Position numbers and translations under genes: made by a program
Assembly: GCF_009914755.1 (NCBI RefSeq)
Contig: NC_060947.1
DNA: 64,000 nt
Direction: 5' to 3' (one strand)
From: the human T2T-CHM13v2.0 reference genome, Homo sapiens
In this document: in pieces, positions 31,691 through 50,219 of the stretch
How positions within the stretch are numbered: the first letter of the stretch is position 1
Layout of the letters: the number at the start of each line of letters is the position of its first letter
Notes under the pieces: model-generated
The model's input: only the letters and a program-made list of their open reading frames with translations
Told to the model about the DNA's origin: nothing
The model's database searches: none

Positions 31691-34129
31691 GTACCATTCT
31701 AGAGAGAAAAGGACTGGACTAGAAGATCCACATTCTAATTCCTTTGCTGCTTTCAACTAGCCATGTGACTTGGGGAAATTTCTTCCGTTTCTCAGCCCTA
31801 AAATAGTCAGGGATAAATTCACTCAGCAAATACTTAGACTTCTTACTATATACAAAGAACTTGGCTAGATGATGTGGGAAATAGAAGACGTGAAACTGTT
31901 CATAAATTCAAATCATTGTTTTACCGTTAATCTCTATCCATGAGTCAATGAAGATAGAAATCAACAATAGAAAATATCTCATCATTTTAATTTTTTCCAC
32001 TAACATTTTATCTTAAGATAATGTATATTTTATAAACGGTCTGAGACCCAGATCACATATGCACAGAGTATATGTTCTTTTTCTCTTCTAAGTCTTGGGT
32101 CTTTGAACAAGTGTTCCATTTTTCCAGAGGCTCCCCAACTTCAAATGTTGTTCAAGAAGTGCACTGTGGTAGACAGTTGGTGGACAGTACTCATGCCCTC
32201 CAGTTGTCCCATACCATGTTGACGGCTGGTCTTGGCCATGTAACTTGCTTTGGTCAATGAGACATTAGCAAGCAAGTTAAAAACAGAGGTTTGATAAGCA
32301 CTTGCTCATTGAGACTTATCTTCTTGGAACACTCCTTGGAACCTTGCAGCCATGCCGTAAGGAAGCCCAAACAACCATGAAGAAAGGCCCACATGGAGGA
32401 GAGAAGGGCCAGGGGTTCTTTCAAACTAGTGATTCTCAACCTGTGGTGATTTTGCTCCTTGTAGGACATTTGGCAATGTCTGGGGACACTTTTGGTTGTC
32501 ACAGTGGTGGATAGGTGCTACTGGCATCTAGTGGGTAGAGGCGAGGGAGGCTGCTAAACAATCTGCAATGCACAGGACAGTCCCACAACAAAGAATTACC
32601 CAGCCTAAATATCAGCTGTGCTGAGGTTCAGAAACCTGCTCTAGACCAATGTTTCCCACAACCTGGCTCCTATGGATCAAGGATAAAGGCATTTGGGAGA
32701 GAAAGTGTTCACACTTAAATAAAATTATCTGTAGCTGCTCATTTACAAGTGACAGCTTTCTGAACAGTCTGTGACTCATGATGATTTTTCAATGATTCCC
32801 ATTAGTATTCTCATCAACCCCAATGGCACATTTCACCTTGTTTACATTTAGCATTTAAGCAGAGTAACTCATCAAACTATTGAACCAACAATCATTGTAT
32901 TAGTTGCCCCAACTGAGATATTGTTTCTCCTTGGTGCTATCAAGTCCATGGTTTGTCACAATTCAATCCGAGCTTCCAAATCTGCAGCCATTTACCCACC
33001 CAAAGACCAGGGGCTTTAACTTTTACTGTTTTATAGTCCATCAGCTTTGGTTCTGTGTTACCAAAGAACCACAGCCCCATCATGCTAAGAGGATGACACT
33101 TTCCCTTTGAGAAGAGCATCTATATATTTAGAAGAAACCATTATTAGTCAATTTTATCTATGAGAGAAATATTAAGAATATAAAAATTATAGTAATTTGC
33201 TGATAGTAAATTTTATTAGAAGAGTTTAAATATAACTACATTAGCAGACTCAATAAAAATTTTAAACATAGTGGGTCAAGTATAAATCTCATTGCTATGG
33301 TAATTAGCTGTGAAATACATAGATAATAAACCATTGCAGATAGGGGTTTTTGTTTGTTTTCTCACATAATAGGGCACATATGCATCTCTAGGCGGAATGA
33401 AAAAGGGCCAGAAATGCTGCTAAAATTGTCAGTTTGAATAACTTTTTGATAGGCTGGCAGATACAAAAGTTTACAAGAAACACTCGATGTGCCAAGTAAT
33501 CTCCTTGCAAAGTACAAGGACCCAGATGAAAAATCCCAATGATGCGAATCATCCCTGTAATCTCCCAAATCCCATTATGAAGTCTGATTAGAGTAGGCTA
33601 CAACCCAATTGCAAGTGGGCTTTGCTGTTGATGGAGAGCCAATTCGTGGCAAACATTAGTAAAACCAAGCCATTTATCTACCCGGTTGAATCAGCCTTTG
33701 TTGAGGAGTGTGAAACTGTGACCAGCATCACCAACCAGCCCTCTATAGACAGGGACTGCTTTCCTTTCTCCTACACTTGGTTTGTGCCCTGAAGTTGGCT
33801 CTGGTACTGCATTGGCATCTTGAGAAAACCTTTTTGCTGGTTTCTAGCAGGAAAGAGAGGAAGGAGGCCCTGACTCCAGGGATGTGGAGGGACTGAGCTG
33901 GACTGTCTAGGGAGATCTGTGTTCCTGGGATCAGGCCCTTGAGCACCCAACAGGCAGAAGGTTGTGAAGTGCCCCAAGGACCATCACATCTACCGAAAAA
34001 TGGTGAATCTGGGGGACTTGGTTTGATCCAGTGAGCCACCAAGAGCAATACTTCCCCTCAGCCTGTGATGAGGACTCACATAGTGGTTGGATTTTTTAAG
34101 GACACATGGTGCAGGGGCAACTCTGTAGT

Positions 34130-34503
34130 TCAGGGGTCATCAAGTTTGAACTATGAGGGACCACATGGCCAATATTTACATTTTGCAGACCAAGCAAGAA
34201 AAGGGAAGATATTACGTAGGAACTTACATAACAAGAGAGAAAAAATTGTCACAATGTTTTTATTGATATAATCCAAAATACGGTAATATTTGAGTACAAT
34301 TATTTGCAACTCACATCTATTAATGAGAGAAAAGGAATTCTTTTGCGGGGGGGATATTTCTCTTAATTGGAGTTCAAAGGCGGTGTCTGCTATCATCACA
34401 TAAAGTGCAAATGTTCATGTATGAAAACCATGCTTAGCTCTCTGGTACAAACACAGGGAGCTCTCGCGATCTGGCCCATAGGCTGTAGTTTGCAGACCCT
34501 TGC
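34130..34503. mobile_element. hAT-Charlie (MER58-related) element abutting the promoter
   Basis: Ends caggggtc ... ggcccataggctgtagtttgcagacccttg. Confidence 0.65.
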
Positions 34504-34825
34504 TATAGCTGAACACCAGTCGCCCACACTGGGTTTGCGGTGTTCCGGGGTGGGAAGTCGCTCCGGGCTGCGAAGCACCTCGAGGGATCCCCCCGGCCCG
34601 AACTCTCCCTCTGTGCCCAGCTAACCGCGGTTCATTGGCTCTCCCCGCGAGGCAGGTCTGGAAGATCAAGAATGAAGCTCGGAGCTCTCTCGCGGAGCAA
34701 GGACACCTTCGGGCTTCAGGACCACCCAGGGCGTCCAAAACTGCTGCCAGGGCTGTGCCCCCGCCCCCCGGCACTTTCCAGCTCCCCCTCCACGCCCGCT
34801 CTTCCTCCCTCTCTGCCCCCTCTAG

Positions 34826-35128
<303 letters not shown>

Positions 35129-35805
35129 TAGGGAGAGCGCTGGGCACGCGGCTGCGGGGCCGGGTTGGGGGCCGGCGCCTGCCCGGGCCACCTCCGCGGA
35201 CGCCGCGCTCCCCCTTCCGGGGCGGGACGGTGGCAACGCGGCCTCCGCGCCCCCGCGCCCGCGCCTGCGAAGAAACCGAGGCGGGGCGCCGCGCGTCCCG
35301 ATGCGCGCCCCGGCTGTGCCCCCGGTTGCAGGGCCTCCGGTCCTGGGACCGCGGCGACCCGGCGGTCCCGAGCCGCTCCCGGCCTCCCAGCGGTGCCGCC
35401 CGGCCTGGCGTCCCCAGCCCGGAAGGGAGACGTCTGGGCGGTCACAGACCGTCGGGGAGAGAGTGGGCGCAGCGGGCGGGAACCGCATCGGGTCAGCGCG
35501 CGGTGGAGAGACGTCCTGGGTTGGCTGGTCCCAGTTTCCGCGTCCCTACAAAGCTGAACCTCAGACCAGTGCGTGCGACTAAAGGTTTCCCCCCGTCCCC
35601 AACTCTGGTTGCACGCTGGGTTTACCTGGGGACGGTCCGAACGCTGCTTCCCCCGACCTGCCCCCAAGGGTTTGATCCAACGGGCGGAGGATCAGCGATT
35701 TTACAAGCTTCCCTGGCTTCTCCTGAGCAGCCAGGGCGCAGACCACTGCGTTATCCAGAGGGTGCAGTTGTGCCAAGGTTTGAAAGACTGTGAGAACCCC
35801 AGGAC

Positions 35806-35813
35806 GCACGTGC
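35806..35813. promoter_or_regulatory. Canonical E-box GCACGTGC at the island edge in intron 1
   Basis: CACGTG at 35807-35812; non-canonical CACGCG at 35145-35150. Motif only. Confidence 0.45.
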
Positions 35814-37539
35814 TGGGCTCCCCTCTGCTCCCACTACTCTTGCTGCTTTAAAGATGATGGACTTTCAGCTTCCTTCTTGTTCTAGGACTCTGCTGTGTCC
35901 AGCAACAACGCCGTGATTCGACTGTAACTTTCACCCATTTCTCAAGTCCAGGAGAGCCTCAGGTGGTGGCCATCCTCGGAAGCTGACCTGGGGGGCTCCT
36001 TTGTCTATCTGCCTGAGTCCACACAGCTCCTTGACTCATTTCAAATTGGTCTCATTTTTCCCCCTTCTTCCTCCAATGTCTAGTACCGTTAACTGTCCAC
36101 AGTTACTGATAATTTTTATATCTTTGGCAAAGGTTCAATTTTACCAACATTTTCTAGAAATGGTGTTGGAACAGTTGGACACCCATATGCCAAAAAATAT
36201 GAACTTCCATCCATACTTTTCACCATTTGTAAAAATTAACTTTGAAGTGGATCATAGACCTAATTGTAAAATCTAGAACTATAAAATTTCTAGCAGAAAA
36301 TCTTGACTTGGGGTTAGGCAAAAATTTCTTAAGGAGGAGTTATGTTAATACTGATGGGGAAGATGCTATATTTTGGCAAGTCAGCTTTTTAGGATATGTG
36401 AATCTTACGTGACTTCTTCCAGGTGGCAAATTCCAGTTATGGCTCCGATGATAATATAAGCGAAGAAACATTGTGAATGAGTGGCAGGTGGACTTTGGCT
36501 AAAGAATTCCACTCTGCAGTGTTTAATGCAGAAGTCTGAGAGGATGGTCTAGGGCTCTGGAGAAGGATAGAGCTAGGTTTGAGTGTTGCAGTATTTTGCC
36601 AGTCTTGTTCAAGTTTCAGTCGCTGTAAGAACACGAGAAGAAGAATAGTTTTTGTTCAGAAGGTGTCGTCATATAAGTAAAGGAGAAATTTGTTGATGAA
36701 GTAAATTTTGAAAGCAAATATGTTGCCCTTCCAGGTACTCAGTGCAGCATGATCTTTTGCTAAGGAGCATGGTTAATCTAGATCAGTTCACTGCTAAGTC
36801 AGTGTTGAGTTTCTCCTAAAAATACCACATGTGCCACTGGGCAAAACTCACTCAGACACTGAAGTATGATTGTTTATACATTTGGTTCAAATATAAAGCA
36901 GACTCACTTTTATTTTGTTTTTGGCATTTTATAACCATCACTTGATAATTAGAAATCGTGGGACCTCAAAAACCACTCAGCATGAAGTTTGGGAATTGCC
37001 TATATAGCTACATTTTATGTTTTTAATGTATAGAGTATAAAAGGTTCACTGCCTGACTTTTCTCTTTTCCATGAACTGTACAAGTACAGAGCTTAATTTT
37101 TATAAACAGCCCTCTCTGGACCAGTTACTGTGCTAGGAATCCAGCTTTTAGCTGTGTAATCGTAGAGAGGAAAAACTGAAGGGCAAAATGAAGACAAAAT
37201 TGATTCAGTTCATGTAAGGGCCCCTTCTTGAATCTGTCACTGAACTAGGATCAGAAATCTGGTTTGCTGTCTCCTGGCCATCAATCCTCCCATTTTGCGT
37301 TTTTTATATGCTACTTTACTGAACATAGAGCCTTCCAATTTTACCTTCTTATCCCTAAATCATTTCAGATATGCAGGGAGAGGTCCGCTCCAGCTTCACT
37401 ATAGACCATGGAAATTCCATGATGACATCTTAGGACAGCAGGTGTCTAGATGTCTCTGTTGTAACATTTTACTATGGTCAGTTAACCTGCTGGCAGAATC
37501 TTTAGCTATACTGTGAGACAAGGTTATGCAAAGTTATAC

Positions 37540-39300
37540 AAGGTTATCGGTTACCATGTAATAAATAAAGAGCTTAATGGCTTAAAACAGTAATTGTTGA
37601 TTTGGCTTACAAATCTGCAATTTGGGAAGGGCTCAGTGAAGAAAGCTTGTTTTTGCCGCGTATGGTCACAGCTGAGGCTGGTCACAGCTGAGGCGGCTAA
37701 CTGGGGCTGGAGGGTTCTTGAAGATGGCTCACATGACTGAAGTTGTTACTAGCTTTTGCCTGGGAGCTTGGTTAGGAACCTCAGCTCCTCTTCTTGTAGG
37801 CCTCTCCATGGGGCTGCTTGAGCTTCCTTACAGCATGGAAGCTGGGTTCTAAGAGCACATGTTCCAAAAGACAGGACATTGAAGCCACCAGTCCATTAAG
37901 GACTGGGCTTGCAAGTTGGTGTATCATAATTTCTGTCATATGCTGTTGGGCAAGTACAGAGCCCTCTCAGATTCAAGGGCGGGAGACTAGACCCTGCTCC
38001 TTGATGGGAAATGTGTTAAGAGTCTGTGGCTATCTTTTAGTTACCATGCCCGTTTATTGTTGAGTCAGTGACGCTCTTCAGCGTTTTTATTTGGGGGTCA
38101 ATAAAGATCCTCTGGCAGAATGGCAAATGGATGCTGCCTTCTAGCCACAATTTTTTAAAGACCTAGAATAAAGGTAGTCATGATCATCTTTTTGAGTAGA
38201 AGCAGGACTAGCTTTAGGGGAAAAGTTGCCATGGTGATGATATTCTCTGTCCTCCCCTGGACTGCTAGTCATATGAGAACTGAGGTTCCTGAGGAAAAAC
38301 AGGCCAAAGAATCTAATCTTGTGGGATAAACGTCATAAGACCAGGAGTTGGCAAAGTTTTTCTGCAAAGGGCCAAATCGTAAATATTTTAGGCAGTGCTA
38401 GCACATGTAGTCTCTGTTGCTGCGGTATCTTACAGTTCTGTAAGTTACGGTAATGTCTGTCACAGGTTAGCAGGGCTGTATTCTCTTCTGAGGCTCTAGG
38501 GGAGAATCTGTTCCCGTGCCTTTTCCGGTTTCCAGAGGCAGCCCACATTCCTTCACTATTGGCCTCTTCACCTTCAATGTCAGCAACAAAATGTTGCTCT
38601 GACCCTGCTTCTGCTGTCTCCCTCTTGCATTTTTAAGGGCCCCATGATTACAATGGGCCAATTTAAATAATCCAGGATAATTTCCCCATGTTAAGGTCAG
38701 CTGATGAGCAACCTGAATGCTATCTGCAAATTTACTTCCCCTTTGCCATATAAACTCACATATTCAAAGGATTAGGATGTAGACATCTTTAGGGGGCCAT
38801 TATTCTGCCTACCACGCCATTCTTAACTCACAGGCCATAGAAAAACAGCCTATGTGCTGTGTTTTGTCAACCTCTCAGCTATATAATACTGTACTTGATT
38901 TCTGCTGTAGTTCATTTTGTGCTGCTATAACAGAATACCAGAGACTGGCTAATTTATAAACAATAGAAATTTGTTTCTCACAGGTCTGGAGGCTGGGAAG
39001 TCCAATACTGAGGGGCTGGCATCTGGCAAGGGCTTTCTTGCTGCATCATCCCATGGCAGAAGGGTGGAAGGGCAAGAGAGCATATTTGAGAGAGAGCAAT
39101 AGAGGGCCAAATTTGCTAATATAATAAACCCATTCTCAAGATAATGAGCACACTCTAGCAATGATGACGTTAATCCGTTTGTGAGGACAGAGCCCTTATG
39201 ACCTAATCACCTCTTAAAGGTCTCACCTGTCAATACTCCTATACTGGGGATTAAGCTTTCAACACATGAACTTTAGGGAACACATTTAAACCATAGCAAT
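37540..39300 (-). mobile_element. MaLR LTR cluster (MLT1 37540-38045; MLT1 38420-38815 nested in MER58; MST 38905-39300)
   Basis: ggctctaggggagaatct, tgctgctataacagaatacca, gaggctgggaagtccaa. Confidence 0.75.
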
Positions 39301-39506
39301 TTCCAAATTAAGTTTATGTCATAGTTGATGTAGTGTTCACAAAGCAGTTAGATTTAGCTCCTTAGATCTTCAAATAGGAGGGAGCACATAGAACTCTTTC
39401 TATCCCCCTCATCCTGTGAGGTTGGCATATTTTCATCCATAGTAGAAGGCGTGCAAGAAGATGTGTGAATGTTATCAAAACTAATTTTCACAACATGTCA
39501 ACTTGA

Positions 39507-40001
<495 letters not shown>

Positions 40002-40286
40002 TTAATTGGCTCTTTTAAGAAAACAATTTCATTGAGTATCTGATAGCAGGAGAAGGGAGAAGGATAATTATTCATGTTCCTTATTTGTAATTTTAAAATA
40101 TTTCATTTTGGGATGAATAAATTTACAGACAATTCTGCCATAATGTGACATATGTATTCCTAAAAATTACCACGCTATGCAAAATCAGGCAATCCAAAAC
40201 CACAGGGCTTATGAGAAAAATGGGGTTAGGGACATAACATTCAAAAACTTCCTCAGTGACCCATTAAAAAATCATAGGAATGTTAT

Positions 40287-40333
40287 ATAGATTGAGCATC
40301 CCTTATCAGAAATGCCTGGGACAACAAGTATTT

Positions 40334-40364
<31 letters not shown>

Positions 40365-40515
40365 GCATTTTGGAATATTTCTATTGTACTTACTGGTTGG
40401 ACATTCCAAATCTCCAAAAATCCAAAATCCACAATGCTCCAATGACCATTTCCTTTGAGCATGATGTCGACACTCAGAAAGTTTCGGATTTCAGAATTTC
40501 GGATTAGGGTTCCTA
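40287..40515. mobile_element. Tigger4/MER46-type element nested in an older Tigger-like remnant (about 40125-41150)
   Basis: gattgagcatcccttatc..aaatgcctgggac; aatgctccaatgaccatttcctttgagcat; tcagaaagtttcggattt. Confidence 0.75.
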
Positions 40516-40518
40516 TCA

Positions 40519-40859
<341 letters not shown>

Positions 40860-42109
40860 TTACATAAATATTATGACAGAGATGGAACTTTCCATTGAAA
40901 AATGCCTGAGGTTTAGGGTTCTCTGAAATGACATGAAAAGTTGTGACACCAAATGTGAATGAGTGTGGCTCATTGTCCTCGAGGTGTGTACATGTGTATG
41001 TTTGTGTATTTCTAAGTGGCTCCATTCAGCTGGGTACACTGCAGTTTTCTGCAGTCTCGGGATAAGAGGTTGTGCATAAGAAAACACGAAATTCATGCTA
41101 TGCTCAAATTGTTCCAAATAATATCAATCATTGGAACAAATTTGCCTTTTCAAAACATAGCAGAGCTGACCATCTTCTTGGTTTGGACGCAGAGCTCTGG
41201 GAAGGACATGCCTGAGCACACAGCACTATTTTCTGTTTCTTCCCACCAAAGGAATATGCCAGGGATGAGCTGGCTCTCCCTCTCATGTTGGACATCCAGA
41301 ATTCTGTACCTGGAAATACAGAAACTTCCAGACATGCAATTTTCAAAAACTTAGCTGCTATTTACTCTTTCTCCAGAAGCTACGCAAGGATGCCAACCAG
41401 CAAAACAAGGAAGTATACCAAGAAAGAGGATACAGAAAATGGCAAATGGAGTGCAGGAGAGGGGGCAGGGAATCCCCGGATGGCAGCTGTGCACAGGCAG
41501 AGAGATAACCCAGGCCTGCCACCCCTGGGAGGGATGCCTGCAAGACGATGAAATGCAGATGGGACTTGAGGCCTCTGATCTTGGGAGATTTTGATTGTTA
41601 GTGAAGGGTTTAGGGTGGAATCTGGATTCAGGATTCAGAAAACTTAGCAGATAAAAAGGTAAGAGAATGACCTCCAGGGAAAATAAAAAGAAAAGATGTG
41701 CATAAAAAGAAAATACAAGCATTCGTTTAAGTTAATTGCGTGGCAGAGCTCTGAGCAGCATTTGCGCAGTTAAAAACGTACAGTCAATCTTTAATGTGAA
41801 TATTGATCTATATTGGGATGATGGCGAGATGGGAAGTTTACATTGCAAGTGATGGAACTGAATGGAAATGGAGTTCAGTCCTCATCTTCCATAGTGAGAA
41901 GTCAATACACTTTGCCTAAAATGAAAAATCAAGACACAGCAATACACACATAGTAGCTAGACTTGAAGGAAAGTATCCAAAAACCCTATCAAGAGTTGAA
42001 ATTGGTGGCCTCTGGGCACTTTCTCTGTTATACGTCTTACAGAATGGTTTGAATTTTTTAAGCAATATGACTGTATAACTTTAATAAAAAACTAAAACTA
42101 AATGTAGTA

Positions 42110-42950
<841 letters not shown>

Positions 42951-43139
42951 TAGAATTATCTGGAAAATGTTGGCTTTTTCCTTTGATGATCAAGTAAATA
43001 TGCTTTCTTATTTTGTTTGTTGAAGATTTGGCTTTGAACCTACCCTGACATTAATATTCAAAGAAACAGGTAATGCATATTTTTGCAGGTATTAAAATAC
43101 CATTATTGTCCTTGTTATAATGAAATTATTGTATGTCTT

Positions 43140-43385
43140 TGTGGTGGTGGATAGAACTAAATACACACACATACATGCACAAGAGTACAAGTCAAACTAG
43201 AGCACATCTGAATCAGATCACTGGATTGTATCAATTTCAGGGTCCTGGCTGTGATACTGTGTTATAGTTTCACAAGACGTTACCACAGGGAACTAGGTAA
43301 AAGGTTCACAGGATCTCTGCGTTGTTTCATACAACTGCATGTCTATCTACAATTCCCCCGAAATAAAAAGTTTAATTAAAAAAAA
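43140..43385 (+). mobile_element. L1MC-like 3' end
   Basis: gattgtatcaat ... acaactgcatgt ... aaataaaaagttt plus A tail. Confidence 0.65.
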
Positions 43386-43569
43386 AACCCATGATCTCTT
43401 TTTAACCTTTTAAAAAGAACAGAAATAGTATCATTGAATTATGTTTTTCACAACATTAGCATCAGAGGAGGCTCTGTGAGTCTTTAGAAAAAAATTGAAG
43501 AAAATGTGGTTGGTCTTTGCCTTTCAGAGCAACAGAGAAATCGGAGGTTGAGAAGAACTTTGAAGGAGA

Positions 43570-44005
43570 TTGTATTAGTTTTCTAAGCTGTCATAAGAAA
43601 TTACATAAACCGCGTGGCTTAAAAGAGCAGAAATTTTTCCCTCACAGTTTCGGAGGCCCAGAAGTGTGAAATCAAGGAATGGGCAGGGGCACGCTCCCTC
43701 TGAAGGCTGTAAGGGAGGCTGCTTCCTCGCTTCTTCCAACTTCTGGTGTCTCCTTGCATTCCTTGGCTGTGGCTACATCACTCTGGTCCCTGCCTCTCTC
43801 TTCACCTGGCCTCTTCCCTGTGTCTCTTCTCTGTTTCTTATAAGGACACTGTCATTGGATTTCAGGCCTAACCTAATCCAGAATGAACTCAACTTAATCT
43901 TTACCTTGGTTATATTTGCAAAGACCCTATTTCCAAAATGAGGTCACATGCTGAAGTTGTGGGTGGACATGAGTTTTGGGGGGATATTGTTTGACCTACT
44001 ACAGT
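43570..44005 (-). mobile_element. MLT1 LTR
   Basis: tgtattagttt ... atttgcaaagaccctatttccaaa. Confidence 0.85.
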
Positions 44006-44702
44006 GGTCAACTCCCAGCTGTTGTGTGTTCCGTATCTTATGGATAGATAGATGTTCAGCCAGGCTCAGCGAGAATCCTGCCAGTTTTCAAGACACACTG
44101 CTGTTCTGTGATTTGGTAACTCAGTGCAAGAAAGGTTTTCCCCAATATGCTGCTTTTTATCTCCATAATTCATTTCTGAAACAACACAGATTTCTGAAGC
44201 AGCACACAAGATCCCCTCATATTTGAAAAAAACCCTTTATAAATTTGAATTCATATACCAAAGTCCCCCTGAATTTTAATCCCAGTCTCCTCAAGACATG
44301 GTTTCCATTCCCTGTCTTGAAGATGGCCAGTCAGTTAATTTCTCACCTAAAATCTAATTAGAAGGGTCCACATACTTTATCTGTAAATGGCTATATGGTC
44401 TGTGTTGCAACTATTCAACTCTGGTTGTACTTCAAAAAGAGCAATAGACAATATGTAAATGAATGGGTATGGCTGTGTTCCAATAAAACTTTATTTATGG
44501 ACACTGAAATGTGAATTTCATATTATTTTCACATGCCTTGAAATACTATTTTGAATTTTTTTCAACCATTTAAACATGTGAAAGCCATTATTAGCTCACA
44601 AGCAGTACCAAAACAAGTGGCTGGTGGCTGGTGGCTAGCTGGATTTGGCCTATAGGCTACAGTTTGCCAACCCCTGTATTAGACCATTGATAGATTGCGT
44701 GT

Positions 44703-44706
<4 letters not shown>

Positions 44707-44743
<37 letters not shown>

Positions 44744-44750
44744 TGTGTGT
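44707..44750. repeat. (TG)n microsatellite
   Basis: Direct reading. Confidence 0.95.
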
Positions 44751-44923
44751 TTATGATCTAAACTTGACCTTGGGCAGCCAAAACCTTAGGTCACATACAC
44801 TGCTGTGAAGCTGTATCCTCCCACTAGCTATTTATACAGACAGCTTCTTTTATTTTAAACTTGATTTAAACTGTATTTTTAGCTGTTAAATTTCAATTTT
44901 CTAATTTTGTCCCATTGGTATAA

Positions 44924-45428
<505 letters not shown>

Positions 45429-45809
45429 TAGATTTTATATTTTGTATTTGGCCCTAAGATATTGAATATATTGTAACTTCTTTAGAAAATTACTCCTTTT
45501 ATCATTGCACATGCCCTCCTCCACTATTACCCGATTTGTAACCCCATTTTGTTCATTAAGTGATAAAATATCAGAAGCTCTACATTTTTGTTAGCACATA
45601 TCTGATTTGCGGTGACCTCTTTTTACAAAGTTGTATTTTCAAAATGTTTTCTTATTTGAGTTGGAGAAACTAGCACTGTTTTTTCCCAATCCTTCTATTG
45701 TAGGAGGTGTGATGCAGTCCAGCCTCCATCCCCTAGTTGCCAGTAGTGCTCCCAGCCACCACTAACAAGAGCCCTATGGATTTCTGGAACTCCAGTGGCT
45801 ATAACTTGT

Positions 45810-46124
<315 letters not shown>

Positions 46125-46494
46125 TTTAACTGTTTTGTGGAACTGTGTTGTCTAACTAGCTAGTAGCAGCTTTCCTGATGTTAGACAGATGTGTTTTCCA
46201 TTTTGACCCATTGTGAAAACATATTTCTTTTCTTTCTTCTACCCTTTCTTTAATCACTTTGCTGTAAGTGTGTTTCTTGGTAATAACATTGTAGCTGCTT
46301 TTAATTTTTTATCCCAGTCAGACAATTCCATGACTTTCTGAGCTTAACTGCTGATAGAAGAGAGGTCTTTCATCATCAACCACGCAGAGGCAGGGCGGTT
46401 GGTAACATTTGAGAGACAGTGTGTGTAGTGGCTTAGGAAGTCATGTGGTTTCTCGTTAGAGAACACAGCTAGGAAAGAAGGAATCACGGTGGGG

Positions 46495-47262
<768 letters not shown>

Positions 47263-47601
47263 GGCCTTAAAGGAAGTCACTGATGTGTTAAGAGACGAAT
47301 ATTTTAAGGACACTTTGAGCTTTGAGATAGTACATATCATTTATCATCTAGGCCAGGATGCTTTCAAGATTGAAAGGGAGCTCTATGGATAACTGTGTTG
47401 GGAAACAGGTGTCTGCCTAGACTGTCCTGGGCAAGTGACATAGGGCCACCCTCTCTATAGCCTCTGGAGGTGGCCAAGACACATAAGCTGTTCTGACACC
47501 ATTATTTCTGACATGTCTGTGTAGTCAGTGTGACTCATTATAGTGAGGAGACAATTTTGTTCTTTCCCCAAACTTCTGAAAGGGGAATTCTTAATTCTTA
47601 A

Positions 47602-47924
<323 letters not shown>

Positions 47925-49233
47925 CACCTTTGCATTTTTTAAATGGCTGATAATACTTTTCCTAACTATTCCTTCCTTACCTTGGATCACGTGGCTTGGC
48001 TTTGTACTGAGAAACTGTACTTTGGTGAGGGGAACTGGGATTTAGTAAGCACCTAAGAGAGATGGCCAGAGCCTGTCAGCATACTTCATCTCTTAGAATC
48101 TCTTAGACAAGTGCTACTGTTTACCAGTACAGGTGAATGATGAGGAGACCAAGCATGATTGGGGTGGGGGGTGAGGGTTAGGGGAAATGCACTTCTACCT
48201 TTTTGCTTCATTTAGGAAGGTATAAAGCCATGTGGCGTTAGATTGTGATGAGAAGCTGTGACCTACACTTGATCTCTCATCCCAGAAAGAAAATGCTCCT
48301 GCACAGCCGCAGGAGGAGCTCTGGGCAGCCCTCCAAGACTTTCTGTTGTGCTGTTTCCTTCCCTTAGGGCTGTATTACCTATGACATCTAATGACAATGA
48401 AATTCTGTGTAATTGCTCTTCTTGGAATGCCTTGCAAAGAAGCCCAGAAAAAAAAAATCTGGAAGCTTTTAACCAGATTCAAAGCTGGTTTTGTTTTTTT
48501 CTGTAAACCTTGCTGCTGCTTTTTAAGCAAGCCCTGCACATATGTAACATTTTATTTGGGGTTTTCTTTGTATGTACAAGACACCAGGGACAGATTCTGA
48601 TGGTGAAGGAATGGTTTCATAAATTAGGACACATCCATACAATGTAATGTTAACATAGAAAAATAATGATGATGTAATATTAATTGTAAAAGACATGGTG
48701 CCAAGTGGTCTGAGCTCTGGCACTGAGAATCAAGTAGGCTCAGATTTGAATTCCAGCCCATTATTTACTCAGTTTATCCTTTGTAAAAGTTACTTAAACT
48801 GTCTGTATCTTTAGTTTCCTTATCTGTAAATTAAGTACGACACTAGCTACTATTTATGAAGTACCTACCATATTATGATACATGAGTGGGCAAACTTTTT
48901 CTGAAAAGAGCTGGATGTCAAACATTTTGGGCTTTGTGGGCCGTTGGGTATCTATTGCAGCAGCTCCACTCTGCCATTTTAGTGTGAAAGCAGCCATTAG
49001 TCAATGTGTACATGAAGGGGTGCGGCTGTGTTCCAGTAAAACTTTATGTGCACTGAAATATGAACCTCATATAATCTTCAGATGTCACAAAATATTGTTC
49101 TTCTTTTGATTGTTTTTCAACCGTTTAAAGACGTAAAAACCATTGTTAACTCACAGGTTATGCAAAAACAGGCTGTGGGCTAAGTTTGGCCCATGGATTC
49201 TAATTTGCCGGTCCCTGCTATAGAAGACACTCA

Positions 49234-49580
<347 letters not shown>

Positions 49581-50219
49581 GGTAGATTGTGGGCAAGACT
49601 GGGAATAATTACTTCTGAGGCGGGTAAAGGACTTGTAGTTTGGGGATTTCTTTTTTCTTTTTTCAAAATCATTTTCAAGATCATGTTCTGTTTTCAATAA
49701 GATTTTCTTTTTTTCCTTTTTTGTAGCAGAGAAATTGAGAACAGTTTTTCCTGATGTGAATTTCTACAGTCTTGTAATTTTTTTAAAAGCCTGTCAATTT
49801 TACACTTTTCAAAAGGTGATATTTGATGCCTTGAATAACATCTGGAATAGCCTGGGACTCTGTCATGATTGGGCTGACTTGCAAAACATTTGACTTTTAT
49901 GCGTTTTTCACTAAGGGAGCTGAATGTTTTATTTTTGGCTACTGTACCTTGACACTACCTTTGTTTCAGTGCTGTACTTACTTTTCTTTGTATAGGCTAG
50001 CAAGTCAGTTAACTAGTAAATCATTTTTCCTGCAAGATTCAGTTGGGTATGAGCCAAACTCTGAGACACAGAACAGAAACCAAATTTGTAAACAAGGTGT
50101 GAAGAAGAAAATCAGAAAGCTTGAATTTAGGAATTACCCTGTGGTTTGGATCCTAGAAGTTAAGAAACACTGGATGCCACTGAGGAGAGATGAGAAGGGA
50201 GGATTCTTTTTGCTGGCAT

